Source: Octopus sinensis
Taxonomy: Eukaryota
Assembly (NCBI RefSeq): GCF_006345805.1
Contig: NC_043014.1
Coordinates: forward strand, 32,736,001-32,800,000
DNA length: 64,000 nucleotides
Direction of reading: 5' to 3'
Shown: positions 1 to 12,467 of the stretch, one piece after another
Numbering within the stretch: position 1 is the first letter of the stretch
How the letters are laid out: each line of letters opens with the position of its first letter
Position numbers and translations under genes: made by a program
Notes under the pieces: generated by a model
Told to the model about the DNA's origin: nothing
What the model saw: only the letters and a program-made list of their open reading frames with translations
Databases searched by the model: none

Positions 1-139
1 GTACTTATTTTATCAACCCCAAAATGATAAAGGACACAGCCAACCTCTGCAGAATTTGAACTCAGAACATAATGATGGACAAAATGCTATGAAGCATTTT
101 GCCTAGCACTGCTAACAACTCTGCCAATTCACTATCCGA

Positions 140-428
140 ACGTGCCCGATGCCAGCGCCACCTTGACTGGCTTCTGTGCTGGTGGCACGTAAAAAGCACC
201 AACCGATCATGGCCGCTGCCAGCCTCCCCTGGTACCTCTGCCGGTGGCATGTAAAAAGCACCCACTACACTCACCGATTGGTTGGCGTTAGGAAGGGCAT
301 CCAGCTGTAGAAACACTGCCAGATCAGACTGGAGCCTGGTGCACCTTCCTGGCTTCCCAAACCCCAGTCAAACCATCCAACCCATGCTAGCATGGAGAAC
401 GGACATTAAACGATGATGCTGATGATGA
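140..428 (+). mobile_element. RTE-LINE-related 3' tail / SINE ending in (GAT)n
   Basis: Motif ggcgttaggaagggcatccagctgtagaaac...catgctagcatgga...taaacgatgatg; same sequence forms the 3' end of the RTE fragments at 28308 and 31623. Boundaries approximate. Confidence 0.75.
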
Positions 429-1289
429 ATATATCTATTAACATTTATAGGTCAATGGTCTTTTGTTTTCAAGAACCTACTTCGAAAAAATACCATATTT
501 CAGAAACAAATTGTTCATATTGTTAATATTGTGAACAGCGTTATCTTCATAATACATCCGCTCACATCTTTGTCCCACGTTCCCCTGCCCCACCACACAC
601 ACATGACCCAATATTCTCCTAATGTATCTCTACAACTCTGCAACAACTAAAACCCATGCTGTACAATATTTTACCATACCAAAACCACATTGCATCACAG
701 CAGATCATACCACATTGTCATAGCTTTCAAATACAACACACAGATAAAACCACATGTATGTACTCGTATTATGAACATATACATGGGCATGACATATGAC
801 AGATTGTAGTTCTGTCCCATGCTTACCAAATACTTTGAAAGAACGAAGTAAAATATAGTTAATGCATTAACAGTAGTTAAATATTATTGATTTTATGTAT
901 ACATGCCTGCCTAAATAAATACATATGCATTTACACACACACAAACACATACACACACACACATACACTCTGTTAAATGGTTGGCATTAGGAAGAGCATT
1001 CAGCCGTAAAAACCATGCCACAACAGACAACTGAAGCTTGGTGCAGCTCTAACCAAACTTGCCAGCTCTAACCAAACTGTCCAACCCATCCCAGTATGGA
1101 AGATGGACATTAAATGACAATGATGATGATGATGATGATGAGCAGAAATATTTGTTTGTACACAATTCATTGTGGCATTCCATCAGTTACGATGACAATC
1201 ATCATCATTATTGTTCGACCGTGGTCGAGACAATGGAGTTTACTATGTTACGCCAGACTTCACGGTCCATCATAGCATTACGGAGGTCC

Positions 1290-1585
1290 TATTGCTGGAT
1301 GCTGGTATCCCTGGAGATTACATCAGGGTAGGAGAGTGACAAGTGTTCCAGCTGATCCAATCAACCAACAGAACAGCCTACTTGTGAAATTAACGTGCAA
1401 GTGGCTGAACGCTCCACACACATGTGTACCCTTAATGTAGTTCTCGAGGATATTCAGCATGACACAGAGTGTGACAAGGCTGGCCTTTTGAAATACAGAA
1501 ACAGGAAGAAAGAGAAAGAAAGTTGTGGTGAAAGAATACAGCAGGTGTTTGCCACCACCCCCTGCTGGATCCTTGTGGCGCTTTA
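1290..1585 (-). mobile_element. tRNA-derived SINE, family C body/tail
   Basis: Reverse complement of aagggtacacatgtgtgtggagcgttcagccacttgcacgttaatttcac, repeated at 33047, 43625 and 56479. Confidence 0.75.
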
Positions 1586-1647
1586 GATAACAACTCACAG
1601 GTCAATTTCAATGTTAATATTGCTCATGAGAACTAATTTCTTTCACA

Positions 1648-1925
1648 GCGGCACATGGCCTAGTGGTTAGAGCAGCAGACTTGCGGTTGAGGGATCACGG
1701 GTTCGAATCTCAGACTGGGCGATGTGTGTGTTTATGAGCGAAACACCTAAGCTCCACATGGCTCCAGCAGAAGGTAATGGCGAACTTCTGCTGACACTTT
1801 CGCCACGACTTTCTTTCACTCTTTCCTCCTGCATCTTGCAGCTCACCTGTGATGGACTGGCATCCCATCCAGGTGGGGAACCTATACACCAAGGAAACCG
1901 GGAAACCAGCCCTATCAGCCAGGCG
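1648..1925 (+). mobile_element. tRNA-derived SINE, family C head
   Basis: A-box-like tggcctagtgg and B-box-like ggttcgaatct at tRNA spacing, followed by shared SINE body. Confidence 0.8.
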
Positions 1926-3264
1926 TTGCTCAAGAAAGAACAAATAACAAAACAACAATTTCTTTCACAATGGCTTCTACATGTGGATGGGTCATGGGTG
2001 GATTGAACTATTTCAGAGAAGATAAATATTTGCCATAATCTGAAAGCTAAAGGGTTAAAATTTTAAAAGTCCCAACTGAAATCTTGCAATTAGAGGAGTA
2101 ATAATAATAGTAAGTAGAAGTTTCACCCTAGTTACCTATAAGAACCTTATCATTTTAAGTCATGTTCTAAACATCACATTAATATACCAATAAATATAAA
2201 TGTTACAGCTACCATATTTTCTGGCATAAGAGTCAATGTAGTATACAGTGTAAATATGTAGTGTAATCATTCAAAAGGTTGCCCCTGTCTTTTCACTTCT
2301 TGCTGTATTTATTATGGAATTTTTAGTACTCTAAAGTTGACTTGGTGTAAAAGTTAAAAAACCTTTCTGGGCTGTAAATTTTGATCTGAAAAATTTGACT
2401 TGTGGTATATGGTACCTTGCTAAATACCGTTATTTTATCTATGGTATTCTTGTTTTATTTTAAAAATCAATTCAGAAAGAAAATAGCCTATATTTGTTAG
2501 AAATACAGATCTAAGTAGGATAAAATATTCAACTATTTTACAAATTGCTTCTTGTTTCTATTGAAGTGAAACATCATGGTCAGTACTGTATTGGTTAATA
2601 ATTGTTCTGAAATGTATTAGTTTGTCTGTCCATGGTTAGTACTGTACTGCACTGCACTATAACTAGTTTGATAATGGTCAGTAACATAATCAGTCAAGTA
2701 CTTTGTGTCACTTGGTTTAAAAATTGCCTCAGTAACATCTGAAAGATACAACTAATTGAAACAGAAAGTTTCCTTTTATTTCAGCCCAGACATGCCAAAA
2801 ACGGAGAATGTTCCTGTCTACTTCTGAATGGAAATAACTTCAAACACTGAGAGATATTAACAAGAAGAAATATATTACAAAGCTGGCAAACAAAATGGAA
2901 GAACCATTTACGTAGAAAACCCAACTAGAGTGCTTTGTGATTCTTCTTTTTACTAAAATGGAATGTTCTTAGGCAACTTAATCTTTTATATATTTTAGGC
3001 CTGCAATTCCTTGCTAATGGACAGATCAAGAGTTGGTCAAGACTTAAAGGACGAAAATGCCAAAATACATAACCAAATATGTTTGAGATGTCGAAATAGT
3101 TTTATCAAACTGTCTGCCTATTGAAGTGTAAAATATATCGACATTTATACAGGAATGTGTGTATGTGTGTGTATGTCTGTGTTTGTACAGAAGAAGGTAT
3201 GTATATTGTATACATGTATGTATATTTGTATACATGCATTTATGTAGGTATATATAAGGCCCTC

Positions 3265-3312
<48 letters not shown>

Positions 3313-3857
3313 TTCTTTCTCTCTCACTCTCTCCTGCTCTCTCTCTCTCTCTTCCTCATTATAGTTTTCTTTCCCTTACTTTATCTTTCTCTTACTGTCT
3401 CCCTCTGCCTTACTATTGTTATATATATGTGTGTGCGTGTGTGCATGTATGTATGTGTATGTATGTATGAATGTATAATATATATATATAAATATACATG
3501 CACGTACACACACAAACACACACACACACATAAATATTAATTCAAATTACTTATATCTATCTATATAACTTCATGTGTATGTGAATGTATGTGTATAATT
3601 GGAAGAATGATGTGTGTTTGTGTGTGTGTGTGTGTGTGTTATATAGAGAAAGAAAGAAAGAAGGAGAGAGAGAAAGAGACAGAGAGAGAGAGAGAGAACA
3701 AGACAGCCAAACTCAAAGACAGAAAGAGCTATACACACAGATGTTCTCCTTTGTGTGTAAAAATATACACATACATGCGTAATTTATCAGTATATAGATA
3801 TATGCATGTTTCCTACAGTTCTTCATTGAAACAAGACTACTTTAATATTTACATACA

Positions 3858-4078
3858 AAGGTGGCAAGCTGGCAGAGATGTTAACACACTGGGCAAAATG
3901 CTTAGCGGTCTTTCATCTGTCTTTACATTCTGAGTTCAAATTCTGCCAAGGTCAACTTTGCCTTTCATCGTTTTGGGGTCGATAAATTAAGTACCAGTTG
4001 TGTACTGGGGTTGACCTAATCGACTGGCCTCCACCTCAAAAATTTGGGGCCTTGTACCTAAAGTAGAAATGAATATTT
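3858..4078 (+). mobile_element. tRNA-derived SINE, family B
   Basis: ggcaagctggcagag...ttctgagttcaaattctgcc...tttgcctttcatc...gtcgataaattaagtaccag; repeated at 39882, 45300, 58857. Confidence 0.8.
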
Positions 4079-4403
4079 ACATACATATATTATAAAGTAT
4101 GAATTTATGTACATATATATATATGTGTGTGTGTGTGTGTATGTAAGTGTGTGAATGTGTGTAAGAGAGTGTGTGTGTGTGTGAATATGTATATGAATGT
4201 GTTTCTTTTTGTAGGTATGTATATATACAGCTATTTGTTTATTAAATTGATGATTCTAACAAGACTAGTCATGTTTCATCCTCATTTATAATTCATCTGA
4301 TCATGTGTGTGAGTCTGCATGTGTGCATAAATCTGTATATATGTATATAAACATATATATATATATACATAATGTATATATTTGTATTTAAAATGTATAT
4401 ATA

Positions 4404-4450
<47 letters not shown>

Positions 4451-4496
4451 AATGTATATATAAGTATGTATGCATATCTATATATATATAGATATT

Positions 4497-4528
<32 letters not shown>

Positions 4529-5789
4529 ATACATAATGTATATATTTGTATTTAAAATGTATATATATACATACAAATATATGCATACATATAAACATAT
4601 CTATATACATATATATACATATATAAGCATACATATATATGTAGACATATGTATGTGTGTGTATTTACATGCACACACACACACATACACCATACATTCA
4701 AATTTACACATGAAAGCAAGTACATATGGTTATATCTATGATAGAAATCCTGTTTCACAAGGAAAACAAAAAAATTGTATATTGAATAGTCTGATCCAAT
4801 ATGGCAGCTGACATTTAAATCAATCTCCTTAAGAAGATGAAAAGACAAAATTTTACAAGAAAAAAAATGAATAATACTTGAAATATTTAATCTGTATTTT
4901 AGTTTTCATCCAATTTTATGTCCAAATTGTCTTTCAAAAGAGATGATTTATATAGGTAAACAGTAAAATATTTTTTGAATGATTTTTTTTTTTGTAGACT
5001 AATATACTCATACATGAATATGCACACACATTTATACATTGACAAAGTTACACATAACCTGTGTACAGAGTCATATGCAAACAACCATTCTTTTACACAC
5101 TTATATACAATATACAGAATGTTTATTTTGTATGTTTTGTTCAGGTTATCTGTATGATCTGTTTTTCTATCCCTCATTTTCTGCACCTTCGTATACAAAC
5201 ACATAGATATGTATGCACACATGTATGTATGTGTGTGAGTGTGTGGATATATGTATGTATATATTTACAAATACATACATATATGTATACACACACATAT
5301 ATATATACATTCATATACATAAACATATATATACATAAATACACACACATATATATATGTATATATATATGTGTGTCTGTATGTGTATATATATATATAT
5401 ATGTATATATATATACAGAGTGGAGAAAGAATGACAGAATGACAATGCATGTGTGTGTGTGTGTGTGTACAGAAAAGGAAACAGAAAGAGAGAGAGAGAT
5501 TAACATACAAGGAAACTGTGAGAAAGACACATAGAAACAGCTATTTACACATACACAGAATCTCTAATGCAAGAACACATACATATACACACACACATTC
5601 ATAGTTGTACACCAAGCCTACATCAAAACACACACTCACACACACACATACACACACACACGTACATGCACTCATTTACTCACAGTCACATACTCAAATT
5701 GTGACAAATGCATTAGCACACATGATGCACACACACACACACACACACACATAGACAAAAATTCACAAAACAAAAATATTTGAGTATAC

Positions 5790-6500
5790 TGTTAAAAAGC
5801 GTGTCCTGGAAGAAGTCAAATTTCCATCACATCATGTCGTGGATCAAAAATTTTCTGTCAGACCACAACTTCACTGAAATGTGATGGACTGTTAGGTGTG
5901 GGTGAGTCTTTCCAACCCACATTCTGTCAACCCACGTTTAGTACAACATTTGGTAATGTTTTCCACCTTCTTTCTGGTATATGTTAATGATCTGATCTGT
6001 TTACTGGCATTTCAAACCACATACACATACACACACTTGAGTCCTTCGTTAGAATGTTGGACAAAATATATATTAGCAACAGAGGCATTATTAATACCAA
6101 GAGGTAATATTTATCTACACTTTAAAATGGGTGTTCTGTTAGATCTGTAGCAGAAGCATGATCACTCTTTACCTTTAGATATCCATCTTTTGCTTTTTTA
6201 CCTTTAGGTACACATTTTGGTTTATCACATGATGGTCAAGTTCATTTGGCTTTGCACGGACTATCCACCCCTTAACATGATAGACTAGCCATGCATCCCT
6301 ACATCAGCTATTTAAGGAACAATTTTACCCCTATTTCCTCAGCAGGGTGAATTTGTTACAAGCAAGCTTTGATCGTTAATATAAGATATGTTTTTGCCAG
6401 TCTACAGTTTCAGCAAGGAGAGATTTATAACCAGAATCTTTCACACTATGTTTTGTGCTTCTTCTAATATTTATCTTCAACTTCGAGAAACAATTTGAAA
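5790..6500 (+). pseudogene. Highly degraded CR1/Jockey-group LINE reverse transcriptase fragment
   Basis: Broken translation gives SWIKNFLSD and FLVYVNDL, matching non-LTR RT motifs; many stops and frameshifts. Confidence 0.5.
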
Positions 6501-7633
6501 CCAAGTAAATTTTTTAACAGAGTTTTTTACTTGTTGTGCCAGTTGATGTATTCACTTTAACATCAGAAATAAATGTTGCAGTGAAGTCAAATTTAACTTG
6601 CCTTTGTAGTTTCTTATTTGTATTCATTCTGACTTTTATTAACCAGAAGACATAACGGTGGCAGGACAGATGCTGGTGTCGTGTTAGCCATTGAGCATGC
6701 TAAAAAATATATATTAGCAACACAGGTAGAATTAATACCAGGGGGTAATATTTATCCCCACTTAAATATGGATGTTCTGTTAGAACAAACTATACTGCGG
6801 TAGATACTATGAGAGAAACTTTCATATAAGCTTATGGTGCAAAATCACATGATGCAGTGGACAAGAATAAATCCATAAAATGAATCAATGTCATCCTTGT
6901 TTTTGTATACATTTGCTACTTTTTTTCCAAGGAATCTAATGCTCTTAGCTTAGTTTTTCCTTGGGGCTGGCCAGATTGGAGCAATCTCAAGTATAATCAG
7001 CCAAAATTGCGAAGATAATCTAGTACTTGACTGAGGAAAGAAAACTTCGAATATATATATAAATTTTTTCATAATGAGATAAAAAAACCAAAGCTGTGTA
7101 GATTTTAGAACATTTATAGATGATAGAAGGTCTTACAGCTGTTTCCCTTATTCTTGTCCCTTTTTATATTTTTTATATATATAAAATGTCACCTAAGTGA
7201 ATCAAAAAAGTGTCACACAAATGGATGAACAGGTGTAAGTTAAAAGATAAATGATGTGGGAATAGGAAAACGTCACATGATAGAATCATGTTGCATGATT
7301 GGATGAATAAAAGGATTTTTTGTGTTGAGACAACAGGGGTTGTTTCACATTCTCATTACCACCATTCCCAGGAACCCTGTATGGGTTGATTAAAAGATAA
7401 GATTCCTCCAAAACCATCAGTACTCATATAACATCATTCAGATGCAGCACATGTGCTTTATACTGTACATGCACTGCTTCAAAGAATATAATGATGTCAA
7501 GAAAATAATGATAAACATGCAGGTGTGATTATGTAGTTAAGAAGTTTGCTTCTCAACCACGTGGTCTTGTCCAACTCATTGCAGAATAGAAGAGCAAGTG
7601 AAATATTTTTTGTTAAACTGAGCTGGTGCCATA

Positions 7634-7804
7634 GGCGTAGGAGTGGCTGTGTGGTAAGTGGCTTGCTTACAAACCTCATGGTTCCGGGTTCAGTCCCACC
7701 GTGTGGGGCCTTGAGCAAGTGTCTTCTACTATAGCCTCGGCCCAACCAAAGCTTTGTGAGTGGATTTGGTAAATGGAAACTGAAAGAAGCCTGTCGTATA
7801 TATG

Positions 7805-7835
<31 letters not shown>

Positions 7836-8040
7836 TTGTGTGTCTGTGTTTGTCCCCCCAACATTGCTTGACAACCGATGCTGGTGTGTGTATGTCCCTG
7901 TAACTTAACAGTTCGGCAAAAGAGACCGATAGAATAAGTACGAGGCTTACAAAGAATAAGTCCTGGGGTTGATTTGCTTGACTAAAGGTGGTGCTCCAGC
8001 ATGGCCTCAGTCAAATGACTAAAAAAAGTAAAAGAGTAAA
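7634..8040 (+). mobile_element. tRNA-derived SINE, family A, full length
   Basis: Head ggagtggctgtgtggtaag...ggttcagtccc, internal (TA)(TG) microsatellite, tail ...gactaaagg...aaaagagt; more than 10 copies in the window. Confidence 0.85.
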
Positions 8041-8166
8041 CTCACTTTAATAAAATATGCTTACACTCAGTTGTAATACTCTGAATTCTTTATTCTAAAG
8101 CACCTAATTATGTTTCTCTGAACAGATAACATCAGGATTTATTTGTATACTTATGTATGTGTAGTT

Positions 8167-8238
<72 letters not shown>

Positions 8239-8593
8239 CTATGTATGATTGTGTCACCTTGTCTTGACACTGCATCTTTGTTGTAAATGAGTTTCACTGT
8301 AATTCAAGCAGTATCATTCATTTACATTATTCTACAAAATCATGTCTGAGCACTGAGAATTACTACCTCGCTTGGAAATAGCTGTGAGGGCATTTCATTG
8401 TAGAAAGGGCATTTCATTGTAGAAAGGGCATTTCCTTACAGAAAAATCTGACTGAATAAACTCCATCCAGCCTGTGAAAGTATGGAAAAGAGGCCATTAA
8501 AATGATACACAGGGTTTAGTATTTGATACTAAGGTGTCTAGAACTTTTTCTTCTGATGTATATAGCATGTATATAAATACATATACATATATA

Positions 8594-8750
8594 GGCATGG
8601 CTGTGTGGTAAGAAGCTTGCTTCCCAACCACATGGTACTGGGTTCACTCCCACTGCATGACACCTTGGACAAGTGTCTTCTACTATAGCCTCAGGCCGAC
8701 CAAAGCCTTGAGAGTAGATTCAGTAGATGGAAACTGAAATAAGTCCATCA
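8594..8750 (+). mobile_element. Family A SINE 5' half, interrupted by a mariner fragment; tail resumes at ~9241-9357
   Basis: ggcatggctgtgtggtaag...ggaaactgaaat head; matching tail gttggtgtgtttacatcccc...cgactaaaaccctttaa further right. Confidence 0.75.
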
Positions 8751-9230
8751 TAGGGTGTTTCAAAAAATTTGATATTATTTGAGATGTAAATATCACAGAA
8801 ACTACACCCTCAAAGCAAATGAAACTAAACAGACTTGATGTTGAGCAGCATAAGATTCATTCCTCCAAATTTGAATGAGAAATTCAAAAGTATGTGGATT
8901 CCATGAATGATTTCACAAATGTTCAATATGTGCTCCGCCTGAGACACAGCACGTGTCAAGTCGTTAGTCCAGCTCCTCCCAAACATGCTGCAGCATGTCT
9001 TGGGTAACAGTCTCCAGTGCAGTAGAGATTCTCTACTCAAGTTTCTCTAGGCTTGCAGGAAGTGGGTGGGGGACATAGACCAGGCCTTTCACATAACTCT
9101 AGAGAAAAAATTTGCAAGGTGTCAGGTCAGGTCAGGTGAATGTGGCAGCCATTTCAACAGCACATTGTCTTCATCACCAACATGTCCGATCCATGTCCCT
9201 CACGGACTATCATTGAGATAAGCCCACACA
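8751..9230 (-). mobile_element. Tc1/mariner-superfamily transposase 3' fragment with terminal repeat
   Basis: Minus strand reads W(L)PHSPDL..TPC.FFL..YVKGLVY (WPxxSPDL motif); terminus tagggtgtttcaaaaaa. Confidence 0.75.
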
Positions 9231-9357
9231 ATGAGCTTCCAGTTGGTGTGTTTACATCCCCATAACTTAGCAGTTCAGTAAAAGTTCCCGAAATAATAAG
9301 TACTAGGCTTTAAAAAAATAAATCTTGAGGACAATTTGTTCGACTAAAACCCTTTAA

Positions 9358-9388
<31 letters not shown>

Positions 9389-9652
9389 AAAAATTGAGGG
9401 AGATAAATTAATATTAATTTTAATATCAATTTAAAACCAGTAGTCCAGCATTCAAAAAATCTGAGGAGTCAGAGAAAATTCAAATATATGTGTATATTGG
9501 CAGGGCTGGCTTGCTAGGTAGCCGGCCAGAATGCTAGAAATAGATCATAAACGATCAAACTACAAGGGAAATTCTCTAGAGGAAGAATTCAGCGAACACC
9601 AGAACCAAATTTGGCGGGCAGGACATATGAAAATTAAATAAAAACAGACTTA

Positions 9653-9728
9653 AATGCATACCTCGGTTTCGGTCTTAACAAAAGAATTACTTGCATAATT
9701 CAAGTGTCCGTGACTTCTTCAGTACATT
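9653..9728 (-). ncRNA. Type I hammerhead ribozyme motif
   Basis: Minus: AAUGUA-CUGAAGA-A-GUC...GAC-C-GAAA-CC-GA-GG-U-A-UGCAUU. Stem I 6 bp (one G.U), short stem III with GA loop, GUA triplet, predicted cut between 9659 and 9658. Confidence 0.85.
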
Positions 9729-10194
9729 CGGTCCTCGAGATGCAAACCGCAAGACTAACCCCAGCTCTCTGTGTCAAGACAGACACGTGCTTAGTCTTAC
9801 TGATTACATCGGGAATAAAATTTCAATGTCTTGGTTCCGGCGCGCTAAGAGACTCCTGAAGCGAAGGGCTGCAGTGAATAATTCACTGCGGGTAAAGCTT
9901 ACTACTAGGGAACATATTTATTTAAATATTTAAAAATTGAGGGAGATAAATTAATATTAATTTTAATATCAATTTAAAACCAGTAGTCCAGCATTCAAAA
10001 AATCTGAGGAGTCAGAGAAAATTCAAATATATGTGTATATTGGCAGGGCTGGCTGCTAGGTAGCCGGCCAGAATGCTAGAAATAGATCATAAACGATCAA
10101 ACTACAAGGGAAATTCTCTAGAGGAAGAATTCAGCGAACACCAGAACCAAATTTGGCGGGCAGGACATATGAAAATTAAATAAAAACAGACTTA

Positions 10195-10269
10195 AATGCA
10201 TACCTCGGTTTCGGTCTTAACAAAAGAATTACTTGCATAATTCAAGTGTCCGTGACTTCTCAGTACATT
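10195..10269 (-). ncRNA. Second-unit hammerhead motif with a 1-nt deletion in the core (CUGAGA)
   Basis: Plus text gacttctcagtac versus gacttcttcagtac in unit 1; otherwise identical. Confidence 0.65.
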
Positions 10270-11261
10270 CGGTCCTCGAGATGCAAACCGCAAGACTAAC
10301 CCCAGCTCTCTGTGTCAAGACAGACACGTGCTTAGTCTTACTGATTACATCGGGAATAAAATTTCAAATGTCTTGGTTCCGGCGCGCTAAGAGACTCCTG
10401 AAGCGAAGGGCTGCAGTGAATAATTCACTGCGGGTAAAGCTTACTACTAGGGAACGTATTTATTTAAATATTTAAAAATTGAGGGAGATAAATTAATATT
10501 AATTTTAATATCAATTTAAAACCAGTAGTCCAGCATTCAAAAAATCTGAGGAGTCAGAGAAAATTCAAATATATGTGTATATTGGCAGGGCTGGCCTGCT
10601 AGGTAGCCGGCCAGAATGCTAGAAATAGATCATAAACGATATCAATGGATTAAATATGAGTTAGCTCATCCTTAGCAACCTATATGTTTTTGAAACAGCC
10701 ATAAGACTTTATACATAGACTTTATTCATGTCCCAGACTCCTTATGAATCATTTTACATCCGCTTTATCATCCCCTTCATTCGGACTTCGCAAGTATGTT
10801 TATGGACTTACACCTTTTATATATTTATATATATGAATTTTTATGTGTTTATAGATTTTTATATGTGTATGAATTTTTATGTATTTATAAATTTTCGTGT
10901 ATACGTATGTAGTTATAAATTCTCAGAAATTTTTATATATCATATAAATGAATGCATCTATGTATGTACCTTTTATACTATGGAGAATTTCGTTAATGTG
11001 GATTGAATGAATATATACATCGGCCTTTGAATCTGTTTTTTCCTCTCCTTAATTTTATATATGTATCTATCTATCTATCTATATATATATATATATATAT
11101 ATATAGGTGAGAAAGTTGGTGTGTGAAAGCACGTGGTTGAATATATAGAAAATAGTAAAAAGTGAAAAAACTACAGAAGGCTTGTTTTAAAAGGTTAAAA
11201 AATATATTTAAGTCATTATGTCAGAAGAATGTTATAAAATTTTTTCATACAGTGACATGGT

Positions 11262-11309
11262 TTTTGAAGAAATTACCGGTTTCGTGTTAACTTTTCAAAT
11301 TTCTCAAAA
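11262..11309 (-). ncRNA. Minimal type I hammerhead motif with U3:A8 core variant, in PLE 3' UTR
   Basis: Minus: UUUUGAGAAAU-UUGAAAA-GU-UAAC-AC-GAAA-CCGG-U-A-AUUUCUUCAAAA; long stem I, 2-bp stem II, palindromic ACCGGU stem III, GUA triplet. Confidence 0.75.
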
Positions 11310-11418
11310 CATCATGTTATGTCTTCGTTATGAAGTGTAAAGAAGAGTTCCAGGTAAGGGGAGGTAATAAGTGATTTCTTCCGGGAGATAATCGCTTTAT
11401 ATTTCTTGCCCATTTTAA

Positions 11419-12467
11419 TTAATGGGGTGAATTTCTCTGTATAAGAATGTTAGAGTGGTTAAGTTTGGGCTTATATTTTTCAATGAAGAATGTTTCCTTG
11501 TTTAATCTAATTTGTGTTGGTGTTCCAATAGCACATTGATAAAATGGAAAGATTAAAAATTGTGGTAGTAGTTGCTTTGCGCATTTCTCAATATGCTCAC
11601 TAAAGAGTATCATTCTGTATTCTGGGAATGCAATCTGTTGTCAATGCAGTGTGCATCTACATCTGAGTGATAGTCCCGTGGACCCCACGTAGTTTTGGTG
11701 GCAGCCCGAGCATCTTATGACATAAATTATATTTTCAGAAGCACAAGTAAAATTAGATTTGATCTTGAATTGTTATCCCTCTTTGAAGAGGAATTCTGAT
11801 TCTTCTAGAAGGTTTGGGCATGTTGCGCAGTTTGGTCTACCACATTTTTTTACTTTTGCATCCGTAATTTCAGAAAAAAATTTTGCCTTTGTGAGAATCT
11901 TTTTAAGTGATTTAGGTTGTTTGTAGCTTTTAATGATTTTATGTATGTTTAGAATTTCCTTTAATTTGGGGTCCTTATGAAGTATTGGTATATTCTGGGT
12001 GATGATGGTGAAGGCTTCTTTGTTTCTGGGGTTGTATGTGGATATGTAAGGCAGTATTTTCGGGGAAGGTGTGTTGTTGTGTTGAACTTTCTTAAAGTTT
12101 CTATGTCGATTTCTGTTGCACGTCTGATCCCATCCTCTATGATTTGAGCTGGGTAGTGTCTGTCAATTAGGGTGTTTTTGAGTTCTTGTAGTCTAAAGTT
12201 CCTGGTATTTTGTTCTGACACTATTGTGCATATCCTTCTTGCAAGGTTGAAAGGGATGTTTGTTTTAGTGTGTCTTGGGTGGCATGAGTCAAAGAGTAGG
12301 TATTGTTTGGCATCTGTGGCTTTGTAAAAAATGTCTGTTTCTATTTTAAGGTTAATTTTTTTAATTAGTATATCTAAGAATGGAAGCTCCTTTTGGTTGT
12401 ATTCCATTGTGAACTGTATATTTGGGTTGATGCTGTTCAATAGGTTCAAAAACTCAGACGTATTTGC
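11419..12467 (-). pseudogene. PLE ORF 3' part: RT thumb region plus GIY-YIG endonuclease
   Basis: FLNLLNSINPNIQFTMEY, LPFLDI, DSCHPRHTK, CGRPNCATC, NIIYVIRCSGCHQNYVGSTG, RLNKETFFIEKYKPKLN; frameshift near 12060, TAA at 11773-11775, TGA at 11641-11643. Confidence 0.92.

Larger units (their letters stand above)
9382..10640 (-). repeat. Tandem array of ~2.3 copies of a 542-543 bp non-coding unit (PLE pseudo-LTR / retrozyme-like)
   Basis: Unit starts at 9385, 9928 and 10470, near-identical except small indels; third copy ends at 10640; (TA)n on the left; one HHR motif per full unit. Confidence 0.95.

Noticed and set aside
1648-1725. SINE heads as functional tRNA genes (also 33047, 44581, 56479)
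   Set aside because: A/B boxes are present but no complete cloverleaf is evident, and each continues into a multi-copy SINE body.
9691-9933. 80-aa ORFs in the 542-bp units (also 10233-10475)
   Set aside because: TTG start, antisense to the ribozyme, and the two copies differ by frameshifts; no recognisable domain.
9382-10640. CRISPR array or prokaryotic repeat system
   Set aside because: Units are 542 bp with no unique spacers; the whole window is eukaryotic repeat DNA.
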